A stretch of DNA of 64,000 nt from an uncultured Planctomycetota bacterium (GCA_963845755.1 CAWJTV010000011.1:992001-1056000), one strand, 5' to 3'. Shown: positions 42,351 to 54,554, counted from the stretch's first letter. Translations and numbers: made by a program. The notes: a model not told the origin generated them from the sequence alone.

Positions 42351-43891
42351 TCATTCGCCCGCAAGCTGGGCGCTGCATTGCGCGACGACCTGGGCGGCGA
42401 CCTGGTTCGGGCTGTAGCCGCCGGGGAGCCGCACCAGGAGCTTGCCGTGGCGGTCGCAGAACTTCTTCACATCGCCGAAGGCATGGCTGGACCAGCGAAT
42501 GGCCAGGAGGACCAGGGCCACGTCCGGCCGGGCGACGAGCGACTCGAACGTGCCGACGGACTGATGTTCCTTCGTCTCCAGCCAGATCAGTTCCTTCAGC
42601 CCCAGGGCTTTCCTCAGGGATTCCTGGGCTTCCCGACGGCGGCTGCCGCCGATCAGCGCGACGCTCTTCCCGGTCAGCAACCGGGCGGCTTCCTTCACCT
42701 CGGCCGTCGGCTCTGGGGCGGAATCGGCTTCGGTCCGGCCCGAATGAGTCGCCAGGAACCGGTCGATTTCGCGGAGGACCAGGCGGAATCCTTGAGGCAG
42801 GTCGTCCAGGTCGGGTAGCTCGTCAATCACGGGGAGCAGGAGCTCGCGGAGCTCGCGGTTGCTGGGCGGGACGCCCTTGTCGGCGATCTCCTCTACCATG
42901 TCGATCACGGCCCGCCAGTCCGGCTCCGCCGACCGGCCCTCCCGGATTTCGTCCAGCCGTGAGCGGAGCCGGTTGAACCCCTCTTCATGCTGGGGCCCGA
43001 TTCCGGCCTGCCCGTGCCGGGCCCGCTGCTTCTCGATGCGGGTCAGGAGGTCGGGCCATCGGACCGGGTCCGCCGGATCGTCCACTCGCATGAATCGTTT
43101 CACATAAACATGATTGCGTGCGCATGTGATCTTGAGCCAGTCGAAGACTTGCAATTGATCGGCGTCCTCCGGCGCCGGGATCTTTTGCATCGCGACCCGC
43201 AGGGACGACTGGGCCTCGGCGATGAGGGGGAGCGCCTCTTCGAGTGCCCGCGGAGCGGCCTTCTTCTCCTCCCGGATGATCCGGGCCAGCGCCAGCGATT
43301 CGGCGAGCGCCTCGAAGCACCCGCCCAGGTCGTCGAGCCGAGAGATGTCCGGGGCTGGGGAGGGATCCGCGGCACTGCCCCAGTAAAAGCCGTCCGTCAG
43401 GGTGTCGGCCCACCGGGTGACCTCCGGGTCCGGCGATGGCCCCTCGTCCTCGAGGTCCGCTCCTTGTTGGAGCCATCGCTCGTGGGCGGCGGCCCAGGCG
43501 CGGCTTCCGCTTTCTTCCGGCAGCGGGCCTCGATCGGCGCGAGGTGATCCACGATGACCTCGGGCTCGGCGATCTTCCGGGTGTTGGGCTTGACGTGATT
43601 CCGGGAATGGGCGGGCTGTCCCAGAGTCAGTTCCCTGAGCGGTTCCGGAGGCTGGCGCCGATCCAACGAGACCGGGGCGACGGGAGATGGCCGCTCCCCG
43701 GTCATCGCAGCCGAGGGGGCCCCAGCGGCCGGATCCCCTCGATCGCGATCGTCCTCGTTCGGAGGAACCGCGATCGCTTCCAGAATCCTCTCGGCCAGGG
43801 ACCTCAGATCGGCGCGGAGGCCGGCATCGTCGGCCGCCTGCTCGATCAGCCGGTTGGCTTCCGCGGAGATCAATTTCATCTGCCAATCCAC
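42351..43891 (-). CDS. Hypothetical helical protein with C-terminal DUF2325-like domain; frameshift near 43495
   Basis: GTG start with GGAGGAGG RBS; C-terminal GKSVALIGG...DVALVLLAIRWSSHAF..VKKFCDRHGK.LVRL alpha/beta domain. Confidence 0.68.
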
Positions 43892-43991
43892 TTTTGCACC
43901 CTCCTCCCACATCCCTATTTTCGATTCGGGTCGCCGAAAAAGGAAGACGGAGTGGGTGCAAGAGGATGTCGAGCGAGCCGTTCTCGCCCCC

Positions 43992-44102
43992 GGTGGGCTG
44001 GGCGCAACCCAGCGACACAAAGCATGGTCGATTGGTGGGTTGCGTTGAGCAAATGTCAGCTTCACCCAAACCGACGAACTCCCAGGCTCCCGCGTGGGAA
44101 CG
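43992..44102. repeat. Cluster of degenerate REP-like palindromes
   Basis: GGTGGGCTGGGCGCAACCCAGC, TGGTGGGTTGC...TTCACCCA and CTCCCAGGCTCCCGCGTGGGAACG resemble REPs at 61368 and 17031. Confidence 0.45.
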
Positions 44103-44210
44103 CGATCGCCCGGTCAAATTGCGACAGGCTCGAAAAGGCGGAACTTTCCCGGCCGCTCGTTACACTACAAGCGTCGGGCCGAGGGCAACCCGGGAAAGGC
44201 GAGGCATGTC

Positions 44211-47200
44211 GTGACCACCCCGAACCAGTCGTGGCAGCGGGACCTCCAGACGATCTTCCAGGCGGGGAGTCTGGCGGGTCTGTCCGACGGCGAGTTACTG
44301 GAACAGATCGCGGCCCACCGCGGCGCCGGGCGTGAGGAGGGTCTCGAGGTGGAGTCGGCGTTCGCCCTGCTGATCGAGCGACATGGCCCGATGGTGCTCC
44401 GCGTGTGCCGAACGGTCCTGGGCGACCCGCACGAGGCCGAGGACGCGTTCCAGGCGACGTTCCTGGTGTTGCTCCGCCGAGGCGGCTCGATCCGCAACCG
44501 GGAATCGGTCGGTCCCTGGCTGCACGGCGTGGCCCGTCGGGTCGCGGCCTGCGCACGGTCGGCCGGGGCGCGGAGGCGTATCCACGAACGCCGATGGTTC
44601 GACCGCCGGATGGGTGCAGGGTCCGCGGCGGATCCTCACGAGGTCGATCTCGCACAGACGATCCACTCCGAGCTGGATCGGCTGCCCGAGCGCTATCGCG
44701 CACCGATCGTGCTCTGCGACCTGGAAGAGCGCTCGCTCGACGAGGCTGCGCGGCAGCTCGGCTGGCCGCTGGGAACGGTCAAGAGCCGGCTGAACCGCGG
44801 CCGGGAACGGCTTCGGGATCGGCTCGTCCGACGCGGCGTCGCGCCGGGCGTAGCGGGGCTCGCGCTCTCGGCTTCGGCCGCGATCCGCCCGGCCGGCGCC
44901 TCGACCGTTTCCCGCGCGCTGGCCCAGGCGACGACCCAGATGATTGGTGAGGCCGGCATCATCGCCGGAGGCTCGTCCGCCTCCGTGCTGGTCCTGGCCA
45001 GAGGGATGGAGAGGATGATCCTGATGAGTCAATTGAAGATGGCCGCAGTCGGGCTGATTGTCGTGGGGCTGATGGCGCTGGGGATCGTCGCCGTGGCGAG
45101 CGGCCCACGTCCGATCGCCCGCGATGACGCTCCCTCCAGGGCGGTCGCGGCGAAGGCTGGTACCACCGCCAGGGCGAACGAGGGCAAGCCCGCGCCGGCT
45201 CCGAAACGAAATCCCGTCGGCAGCGAGGAATCGCACATCGAGACGATCGACGTGTCGGGCCGCGCCACGGATCCCTCGGGCCAGCCGGTCGCCGGCGCGA
45301 CGGTCTTCGTGATCGACACCAATCTCCGGACGATCTCCGGCAAGAGCCTCCTGCTGGCCACGGTGACGACCGGCCCCGACGGACGATACTTTGCCCGGGG
45401 CGTGGAACTGCCCGTGTGGAAGCCGGCCGCCAGCCCGATCCCGGCCGCCGAGGAGGGCCGGTTCCAGGTCGCCGGGACCGCGCCTGGATTCGGACTCACC
45501 TGGCACGCGATCGCGTGCTATCGTCCGGAGGCGCGTCCGAGCGCGACCCCGGTCAAGCCCGGCACCTCGGAGCCCGAAGCCTTCCATCGCGGCGAGCCGA
45601 TCTCCGTGGATCTGCCGTTCGGCCCGCCCGCGTCGATCACGGGCAAGCTCGTCAACGACCGTGGCCGGCCGCTGGCGGGCGTCAAGGTTCAGGTGGGCAT
45701 CATCGATCATCGAAGCGGCAAGATGTGGTCGTGCAACCGCGTCAACCCGACGGACACGCTTCCTCGCGAGCGCCGGGCCTTCGACGGCATCCGGGGCTTG
45801 CCCGAGGAACCCTTCTTCACCCACACCGGCGCCGACGGCACCTATCGCATCGATGGCCTGCCGCGCGAGGCGGAGCTGCTCTGCTCGATCGATCCGGGCC
45901 CCGAGTACCTGTCGATGGATGACACGATCGCCACGACCACCCGGGCGGTCCCGAATGTCCGGAGCCTGGGCTACGCCGGCGTGCTGGACCATCCCTTCGT
46001 GTCGCCTCGCGAGGTGCGCCTGACTGTCCGTTACGCGGATTTCGAATCTGCCCGCCCGCAACGCGATGGTGCGGGCCATGTCCAACCGCGAGATGCTCCG
46101 CGCCGGGAGCGTCGGCGAGACCGATGACAACGGCCGCACCACTCTACGGCTCCGTCCCGGAGAATACGACCTCGCGGTCGAGCCCCCGCCCGGCGCCGTC
46201 TACCGGCCGGGCCGGGCATCGGCGAGGATCGGCCAGGAGGCGGTCGCGGAAATCGCCGAGTTGAAGCTCGAGCCTGCGGCTCGCGTGACGCTCGAAGCCG
46301 TTGAACGCCAGGACCGGAGTGGGGATCGCGGGAGTCTCCTTCCAGTACGAGACCGACACATCACGACAACGTCGGAGTCTGCCCAGCCAGCTCGTCTTTG
46401 CCGATCATCCGGCGACCGATGAACGCGGCCAGTTGCGCGCGGTCGTCGAGCCGGGCCGACGGCGGTTCTTCGTCGAGTCGGTACCGGCGGGCTGGAAGCT
46501 CGAGAGCATCCCGAATGGGTTCGTCGAGCTGGCGGCCGGTCCGGAGATCATGGTCCCCGTCGCTTTCCAGAAGCTCGAGCCGGCGGAGGAGAAAACGGCG
46601 AGCGGACAAGCCAACCCGATCTTCCCCGAAGCGCTCGTCGCGAAATGGCGCGTTCAGAACCACCGGCTGCAAACCGGAAAGTTCCGGATCCGCGAGTATT
46701 TCCTCCAGGCTGACGACTCGATCCGATGGTCCGATCTGGATGCGTTCCTCCAGACGACCGACCTGAGCCAGGTCGGCGACCTCCCCGCAGTGATCCGGCC
46801 CCGGTTCCCCGGGTTTCGCGATCCGGGGATCAAGTTCTCCCAGGTCGTCGTGGATGGTCCGCGGCGCCGGAATACCTACCGGTTTTCCCAGAGCGCGGCG
46901 ACTTCTGTAATCGTGTGCAACGAATGGGAAACCGTCCGTTACGATGGTAACAACCAGCAGGCGGACGTCTTCGACGCACGGAAAGGGGGCCTGGGTGTCA
47001 TGGGGGTATTCGACTTCAGCCACACGCCCCACGTGGCGGACCGGCCGGCTCGCACCGTCGCACGGGGCGGAGCGACTCCGACGGTCCGCCGCACCAAGGG
47101 CGCCGACGGCCGGCTGACAATCGAGGCCGAGTTCGGAACCGGACGAGCGCGATGGGTCGTGGACCCGAACACCGGGTTCGTCCACTCATACTCGACGGGG

Positions 47201-47974
47201 ACGAAGGGCAACTCCTCCAGTCGTGAAGTCCGGCAATCTGGCCCCAAGATCTTCGAGAACAGCGTCGTCCTGCCCACGGTCTTCGTGGATGCGACGATCT
47301 CGAGCGATCGGATCAATTATGTCTGGGTCCGGCGGGTCGAGGCCGTCAACCTGGCGTACCATCCGACTCCCCGGGATTTCGTAGTCTCCGCGCCCGCCGG
47401 GACCGTGATCCTCGACCGTCGCGAGGACTTCGCGCATCCCAAACAGGGTATGAACCGGTATCCGGTCGCCGATGTGATCATTTATGCGGATGGGATGTCA
47501 TCGCGCAATCGATCGATCGATCCGGTGCTGAAGACCGGCCAGCCGGCGCCTCGGCTCGAGCCCAAGACCTGGCTCGACCGGAACGGCCCCGTCGCCCCTC
47601 CGGATTTGAAGGGCAAGGTGGTGCTGGTCAACTTCTGGGGGATTTCTTGCGGTTTCTGCGTGGTCCAGTTGCCCGAGGTCCAGGCCGCTGCCGATCACTT
47701 CGCGTCTCGAAGCCAGGATTTTGTCTTGATTGGACTGCATGACAGCGGTGGCACGGTGGACCAGGTCGCCGAGTTCGCCCGAAAGCGCGGACTCACCTAT
47801 CGCCTGGCCATCGATCGCCCCGCGGGTGAGGAGGGCTGGTTCGGCGCCACGTCCCAGGAGTACGGCGTCCGCGCGATCCCCGCCGCCGCGGTGATCGACC
47901 GTCAGGGCAAGGTCGCCTTCGTCGGCCGGTTCCCCGAGGCTCTTCAAAAGGTCGCGGACCTGCTCGGGAAGTAA
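44211..47974 (+). CDS. Planctomycete ECF sigma factor with TM helix, carboxypeptidase-regulatory-like repeats and C-terminal TlpA-like thioredoxin domain; frameshifts near 46045 and 46305
   Basis: LSDGELL, RHGPMVLRVCR, AEDAFQATFLVL, GWPLGTVKSRL; GRATDPSGQPVAGA repeats; LKGKVVLVNFWGISCGFC, YGVRAIP..VIDRQG. Confidence 0.85.
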
Positions 47975-47993
47975 CAACAAGGGGATGCTCCTT

Positions 47994-49043
47994 CTACAGG
48001 AACGACGCCCCGAATGCGGCGAACAGCGCGGCACGGGCGCGCAGGAGCACCGATGAGTCGCCGGACCCGACGCCGATCCGGCGGATCTCGAACGGGTCGA
48101 ACGCATCCGGCCGGTTGACGCCCTCGAGGGAGGCGAACGCCAGGCGGTAGCCGGCCTCGGCGGCGAGGGTCTGGGTCCGGGCGGTATAGGCGCCGGGCCA
48201 ACCGTAGGGGTAGGCCAGCGCCGCGACGTCGCGGCCGAGCCGGGATTCCAGGATGCGCTTCGACTCGGTCAGCTCACGGCGCTGGGACGCCTCATCGAGC
48301 TCGGCCAGCTTCTGGTGGCTGTGGCCGTGCGAGCCGATCGTCAGGGATGGGTCGGCGTCGACGATCGGCCGCACTTGGTCCCAGGTTGTGAACAGGTCAC
48401 GGGCCAGGGTTTCGCTGTCGATGGCGACCTCGGCCCGCGCGGCGAGCTGCTGGAGGAACCATCGCTCGTCGGCGATCGTGTTATCAAGGAATGCTCGGAT
48501 GACCGCCAGGATCGCCGCGGATCGCGGCATGACGTCCAGATCGAGGGAGAGGGGTGGCTGGGAGTGGTCCGGGCTTCGATCGAGCAAGAGCCGCCGCGCG
48601 CGGGTCTGCTTGATGGCGTAGGCGACCTCGTCCCACCACGGGAGCCGCGGCGTCTCGAGGAACGCGGTGGGCAGGAAGAACGTCGCCGGGACCTGGTGCT
48701 CGCGCAGGATGGGGACGGCTACCTCGAAGTTGTCGCGGTATCCGTCGTCGAATGTGACCAGCGCGGCGGGCTTGCGGCCGGGAAGGCCGGATTCGCGCAT
48801 CGCCAGGATGTCGGAGAGCGTCAGCACCCGGACGGAGCGGCTCAGCCAGGCGATCTGGGCGCGGAACGATTCGGGCGTCGCCGAGATCACCGGGTCATAG
48901 TACGAGTCGGCGCCCGGCTCGGCGATCCGATGGTAAGTCAAGACGATCAGCACCGGCCGCTTCGCGGTAGAGGCACGCTCCAGGAGTCGGAGCATCCCCG
49001 TTCGCTCGAACACCTGCGCCAAAAATGCACGTTTGTTCTTCAT
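47994..49043 (-). CDS. Polysaccharide deacetylase (CE4/NodB)
   Basis: LTYHRI, VTFDDGYRDN, PATFFL, IGSHGHSH, LAYPYG. Confidence 0.92.
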   Translation of the reverse strand: MKNKRAFLAQVFERTGMLRLLERASTAKRPVLIVLTYHRIAEPGADSYYDPVISATPESFRAQIAWLSRSVRVLTLSDILAMRESGLPGRKPAALVTFDDGYRDNFEVAVPILREHQVPATFFLPTAFLETPRLPWWDEVAYAIKQTRARRLLLDRSPDHSQPPLSLDLDVMPRSAAILAVIRAFLDNTIADERWFLQQLAARAEVAIDSETLARDLFTTWDQVRPIVDADPSLTIGSHGHSHQKLAELDEASQRRELTESKRILESRLGRDVAALAYPYGWPGAYTARTQTLAAEAGYRLAFASLEGVNRPDAFDPFEIRRIGVGSGDSSVLLRARAALFAAFGASFL

Positions 49044-49051
49044 TTCATTAG

Positions 49052-49075
49052 AGGCAGTAGGCAGTAGGCAGTAGG
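49052..49075. repeat. Heptamer tandem repeat (AGGCAGT)x3
   Basis: AGGCAGTAGGCAGTAGGCAGTAGG in the divergent intergenic region. Confidence 0.7.
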
Positions 49076-49162
49076 TCGCCGGGTCGTTGATAATAAGCGA
49101 TGGACAGAGAGGTCGTCACCGGTTGACTGGTCGTCACATCGATCGAAGGTGAGGGCAGGGCA

Positions 49163-51407
49163 ATGTCCATAGTGAGTCGCGAATCGGCGAACGACGGTCC
49201 TGGCGACGTGTTCCCCACGCTGGGGATGTTGATCCTCGGGGGGATTGTGGTTGGGGCGGTTTTCGGCGGGTTGGTGGGACCAGGCCCCGACCCGCTGGCT
49301 CGTGCGACGTTCGGCGCGGCGCTTGGAATGATCATGGGCATGTTCCTGGGCCTGAGCTGCGGCGTGTGGCGAGCCGGTCTCCCATCGCCGACGGTCGCGC
49401 CGGAACCCGGACCCGCGGGGGCGGGATCCCGAGCTCTGGGACCCCTGGCTCGACAGCGGTCGCGATCTCGAATGGGTCGGCCCGGAACCGGACCTCGCGC
49501 CCGCAGTGGTCGTTGAGGAGCCGCCGGAGGTCGTCGCGTGGAGCCCGGGCCTGACGGCCGGGCGGGCGCGGGTCCGGCCTCGCGTCATCTCGCCCGAGAC
49601 CGGCGAGGCACTCTTGTTGGAAGACGAGATCGGTCCCATGATCCAGGCCGGGCGATCCGGTTTGATTGCGATCGCCGGTGGACCCGGCTCGGGCAAGACT
49701 GCCGCGCTGCGGCACGTCGCGGCAATTCTCCCTCCGTGGGCCAGGGATCGTGTGCGATTGTTCGATCAGTACGACGATCAGCCAGACCCTGAGCTGTTGA
49801 CCCAGAACCCAGCCGCCTTCATTGCGGATGCTGCCAATCGCCAACTTGTCATCCTCGTGCCACGCAATGCGTCACTCCTCAATAAGCTCAGAGTCTATCG
49901 CCTCGCGGCCTGGAGTCAGGACGATTTGATCGAGTACCTGCTGGCCGCCCAGCCGGAACGGTGCCCCTCGGTGATGGCACGTTTGAAAGCATCGGGAGAT
50001 CGCGGCTTCCTCAACGGCATCCCCGAACTCTGGACCATCGTGCTCGACCGGATGGCGGCCGATGAATCGATCGGCGACTTGCGCACAGCGTTGCGGCATG
50101 AGCTGGCCGAGCGGATCGGAAACCGGCCTGCGTTGCGCGAGCGCATCGAAAAGTTCTGCCTGGACACCGTCGGCGTGAATCTGTCGTCGGAATTGCCTGC
50201 CGACGTGTTCCCGGGCGATGCCGCGGCCGCTGAGGATCTGGCTCGCCTGATCCGACACCGGCCTACGGCGTTCTTGCTGGCCGCGGACCGGCTCGCGGCC
50301 ATCATCGAGACCGGCCGTGAGAGCTTGCTGGACACTCATCGCTACCCGCGCGACCTGGTGCGCGAAACCGCCCGGCGGATCTCGGAAAGCACTCAGGCGC
50401 GTCAGCACCTCCAGGAGTGGACGAGTCACCTCAAATACCAACAGGTTCAGCCACTGGCCGCGAGCCTGCTCCATGCCACGGTGCCGGACTGGCGGCCCGA
50501 GCCGGGTTGCTATCTGCAATTGGAACGTGCCTATCTCGACGGAGTCCAATGGTCGGGGCTGAACCTCGAGGGTACCGTCCTTCGCTACGCCGAGTTGAAA
50601 GGTGCCGATTTGACCGCGGCCAACCTGGCGAACGCCCGGGCGGACCGGGCTCAATTCCAGCAGGCGAACCTCCACGGCGCCTGCCTGACGAACTGGCGAG
50701 CGGAAGCCGCCGACCTGAGTCATGCCGATCTTCGTTGGACGATCGCGGACCACGCCCAGTTTCGCAAGGCGAACCTCGCCGGCGCGTCATTCATCGAGGC
50801 GAATCTGTGGAAAGCCGATCTTCGTGACACCCAGATCGACGGCGCCGACTTCACCGGTGCCAATCTCGAAGACGCCCACCTGACCGGTCTGAAGCTCTGT
50901 CTGGCGCGGTTCGATAAGGCCCGCTTCGGTGGGGCCGACCTCCGCAAGTGCGACCTCGAAGAGATGCACTTGCCGGATGCCGACTTCCACGTTGCCAACC
51001 TCCGCGGCGCCCTGTTGACCAGCTCTCGGATGCCGAACGCCAACTTCCAGGGCGCCGACTTGCGCGACGCCGGGCTCGCCGAAGTGGAATGGCCAGGGGC
51101 CTGCCTCTGCGACGCCGACCTGAGGGGCGTGAACTTCCACCTGGGTTCCTCGCGAGGCGGCCTGGTGGGCAGCCCGATCGCCTGCGAGGGGAGCCGCACC
51201 GGGTTCTACACCGACGATTACCACGACAGGGACATCAAGCCCCCCGAGGAGATCCGCAAGGCGAACCTCCGCGGCGCCGACCTCCGCGGGGCCCATATCC
51301 AGGACGTCAACTTCTACCTGGTCAACCTCCGCGACGCCCACTATACCGAGAAGCAAGCCGAGCATTTCCGAAACTGCCGGGCCATCCTCGACGATCGGAT
51401 CCGGTAG
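49163..51407 (+). CDS. 2-TM + P-loop NTPase (NACHT/STAND-like) + pentapeptide-repeat protein; frameshift near 49415
   Basis: Two hydrophobic helices in ORF 49163..49516; the 49506 frame is open upstream (DPELWDPWLDSG); Walker A GGPGSGKT; long A(D/N)LxG pentapeptide run. Confidence 0.8.
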
Positions 51408-51463
51408 GTCAGGATTCCCAGCCTGAGTCGGCCTGAGTCGTCAGGCTGGAAAGCCTGACCTAC
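51404..51463. repeat. Inverted GTAG-type REP doublet between convergent genes
   Basis: GTAGGTCAGGATTCCCAGCCTGA...TCAGGCTGGAAAGCCTGACCTAC. Confidence 0.8.
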
Positions 51464-52524
51464 GTATAAGCATAATCCCCTTCCAATGGCGTGAGGTAGA
51501 ACGCCGCGTCGCGTGGGATGATCCCCTGACGATCGCGGATGTGGAACTTCACCGAGAACCGCGAAGTGTAGCCGCTCCGGCGCAGGGCCTCGGCCGTCCA
51601 TGGCGTGCTGGCGTACGCCTGGGCGAGGTCCGCGCCCTGACGCGCCAGCTCGTCGGTCAGGGCGATCGCCGCCGCGTGCCAGGTTGAAGGATCCAGGTCA
51701 TCGAGCAGACAATCGACGAACTTCCCGGTGAGGGTGCGTCCCTGGTCCTTGGGGATGAGGTTGAGCACGGCGAGGCCGCGGAGCCGGCCTGTGTCATCGA
51801 GCAAGTGCCAGCCCGACATCGCCTGGCGCGGGAAGCGGAGGAACGCATTGAGCCGGTCCGGGTCTCGGCGCGTGAACAGGACGTGCGCCCTGGCCTGCTC
51901 GACGATGGGAAGGATCTCCGGTCCAAACGCCGAGACGCGCCGGATCGCGATGACCTTCCGCGGCGCGGCCGGTGGGTGAATCCACCGGTTCGTCATGTCG
52001 CGGGCCAGGCGCGATCCGCGCTGCAACGGGTTGAGACCACCGGACCGGAGCCAGTAGCCGGCGCGGAGGACGCGGGAGTACGCCGGCACGAGGCTCCGCA
52101 GTTCATAGCCGGCCCGCTCGCCCACCACCAGCGCCGCCTGGCTGACCCCCAGCCCGAACTGGGTCACTACGCCTTGATGCGCACGGCGCATCAAGCTCAT
52201 CCCGAGTGCGCGATGCTCGGGCGAGCCCAGCCAGTCGATGATGTGGATCGTCGGCACCCGGCCGCCGAGAGCTGAGAGCGCCTGGCCCTCGAATTCCGTC
52301 CGGCACAGACCGAGATGCCCCACGATCCGACCCGCCTCGTCCCGCCCGACGTAGCTGAGAGCGGTATCGGAGTCCAGCTCATCATCAGCCGGCTCCAGGT
52401 ACTTCCAGCGCAGCACCTCGGGCGCCGCGAAATCGGCATCTGATGGCGCATGGAATCCCGCGGTCAGGAATCGGCTCAGCTCCGGGAGGTCGTCTGGGGT
52501 CAGCGGGCGGATGTCGCGGGTCAT
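51460..52524 (-). CDS. Tandem GNAT-fold protein (putative acyltransferase)
   Basis: IRPLTPDDLPEL, LRWKY, GRIVGH, IDWLGSPEHRALGMSL, FLRFP, FVD..LARQGAD; ATG at 52524 just after the GH5 stop. Confidence 0.7.
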   Translation of the reverse strand: MTRDIRPLTPDDLPELSRFLTAGFHAPSDADFAAPEVLRWKYLEPADDELDSDTALSYVGRDEAGRIVGHLGLCRTEFEGQALSALGGRVPTIHIIDWLGSPEHRALGMSLMRRAHQGVVTQFGLGVSQAALVVGERAGYELRSLVPAYSRVLRAGYWLRSGGLNPLQRGSRLARDMTNRWIHPPAAPRKVIAIRRVSAFGPEILPIVEQARAHVLFTRRDPDRLNAFLRFPRQAMSGWHLLDDTGRLRGLAVLNLIPKDQGRTLTGKFVDCLLDDLDPSTWHAAAIALTDELARQGADLAQAYASTPWTAEALRRSGYTSRFSVKFHIRDRQGIIPRDAAFYLTPLEGDYAYT

Positions 52525-52526
52525 GG

Positions 52527-53673
52527 TCACTTGGCCTGAGCGGACTTGCCCGTCACCCTCCGGATGAACTCGACCTCGCCGGCGATATAGGGCGTGCCGT
52601 CGTTTCGAAAGATGTCGTGAAACCAGGTCTTCGGCTCGGCGGCGTACGGCTTCTGCCACGAATCCCACGGGTAGATCGTCTGGGTCTTGCCGGCCACGAA
52701 ACCCCAGTTGTACGCCCCGACGTGCTCTTCCTTCAGGTAGGAGAGGATCGGGTCGAACGTGCTGCCCATCGGCCGGGCCATGTACTCGGTGCAAAGGATC
52801 GGCCGCCGGTAGCGCTTCAGCGCCTCGACGTCCTTCTTCAATTCGGCCAGCGGACGGTAATTGTGGAAGCTGATTACATCCGAATTTGTGAGCATGTATT
52901 TGTTGATCGGCGATAGCTGATCGGGGTCGGACAGGTTCCCCTGCCAGACACCGGCGGTGACCGGCTGCGACGGGGCGGCCTCGCGCGCCCAGGCGAAGGT
53001 CTTCTCGAGGAGGGCCATGGCCATCTCGGGCTTGGAGGCCGGCTCGAGCCGGCCGTAGCTCGATCGGTTGGTGTTGTCCGGCTCGTTGAACAGGTCCCAG
53101 GCCTGGACGCGGCGGTCGGTCTTGAATTTGCCGAGGACCCCGGTGACGTAGTCCTTGAGCGCGTCGTGACGCCTGGGATCGACGAGGACCTTGGCGCCGG
53201 GGCTCTGGGCCCAACCCGAGTTGTGCACGCCGGCCTTGGGGTCGCGCTGCTTGCCCAAGTGCGGGAATGGGTCCCAGACCGCATCGAACAGGACGAACAT
53301 CACGCCGATGTGGTGCCGGTCGGCGATCGCGAGGAACTGCTCCATCCGCGTGAGGAACCCCGGCGCATCCTGTTCCCAGAGCATGTTGTGGAGGAAGACC
53401 CGGACGCTGTTGAACCCGAGGTGCTCGGCCAGGCCCAGCTCCCAGTCGATTATCTCCAGATCGAACGTGTCGGCCTGCCACATCTCGAGCTGGTTGATCG
53501 CCGTGCTCGTTGCGTAATTGCAGCCGACCAGCCAGGGATGTGCGCGCGACCACTCCGCGGCCTTCTCGACCGGCCAGGCGCCGCGCTCGGCGGACATCGC
53601 GCTGCGCGGGGGTCGCCGCCACGGCGATGATGGCCAGGAGGATCGCCAGGGCAAGAGCATTGCGTCGTTTCAT
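52527..53673 (-). CDS. GH5-like glycoside hydrolase, secreted; frameshift near 53610
   Basis: Signal peptide MKRRNALAL; GCNY..STAINQLEMWQ, GFNSVRVFLH, WDLFNEPDN, ISFHNY, LCTEYMAR, NWGFVAGKTQT. Confidence 0.87.
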
Positions 53674-53953
53674 GGGTGGTCCCTTGGGGGCGCATTTCTT
53701 CGTTCGAGGTTGACTCGGGCGTCGTGTCATGCTCGATATTCTCCCACCCGGAGTTCACGATCCGCCAGGGGAGTTCTCGTCTACGGCGGTGATTTCGGGT
53801 AGCGAGCCAATTGCCGAAATCGCGACCATGCTCATCTCCCCAGAAATAAGGCGTTCTGGTAGACTCCTGCCGATGTCGCCAGGGACGCGGCGGCTGGCCG
53901 TGTTCCTCGCGGCCTCCGTGCGCCTCGAATCGATGTTCAACAAGGAGGTTCCG

Positions 53954-54443
53954 ATGTTCGACGACCGTGCGCCGCACCCGCCGCCCGGCGTTCGAATCCC
54001 TGGAGGGCAAGATCCTGCTCTCGACCGGGATGGCCGACCCGGCCTTGGCCGTTCACAGGGCCAAAGTCCAGCGCTTCTCCCTGAACGGGACTCTCAAAGG
54101 CATCCCGTTCGGGACGATCCAGCAAGCCGGAATCTTTGTCACCGCCTTCTTCGTCACGGGCAGCCCTCGATCGATGGGGAAGGTCAGCGGTTCGCTCAAC
54201 CTGGCCGATCCGCTCCTCTCTCCCGGTAAGATGCCCAACCTCAGCAATGCGACGCTGACCATGTCCAATGCGCGCGGGAGCGTTCAACTGAGGATGGCCG
54301 CGTCGCCGTCGAGGCGTTATGTCTTCGTCGTGACCTCCGGGTCGGGGGGCTTTGAGTCCGCATTCGGGTCGGGAACGGCGGTTGTCTCGTATAATCGGCG
54401 GATGCACGAATACCTGGTCGCGCTGCACTCGAGTGCGTTTTAG
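53954..54443 (+). CDS. Secreted beta-rich protein with planctomycete LEPR-XLL-type N-terminal motif
   Basis: RRTRRPAFESLEGKILLS; RBS AAGGAGG before ATG 53954 (one base out of frame with the ORF from 53967). Confidence 0.75.
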
Positions 54444-54554
54444 CCGGTGGTGCCTGGGATTGCAATCGCCAGGCCGTGACACTGCCGGCACAAGGAAATA
54501 GGGGGACGGACGGCAGACATTCATGAGGGAGCGACCCTGTCGGATCCCAGGCAA

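Noticed and set aside
51460..53730. 756-aa ORF joining a signal peptide to the GNAT protein
   Set aside because: The middle is an off-frame translation of the GH5 gene; artefact of a frameshift near 53610.
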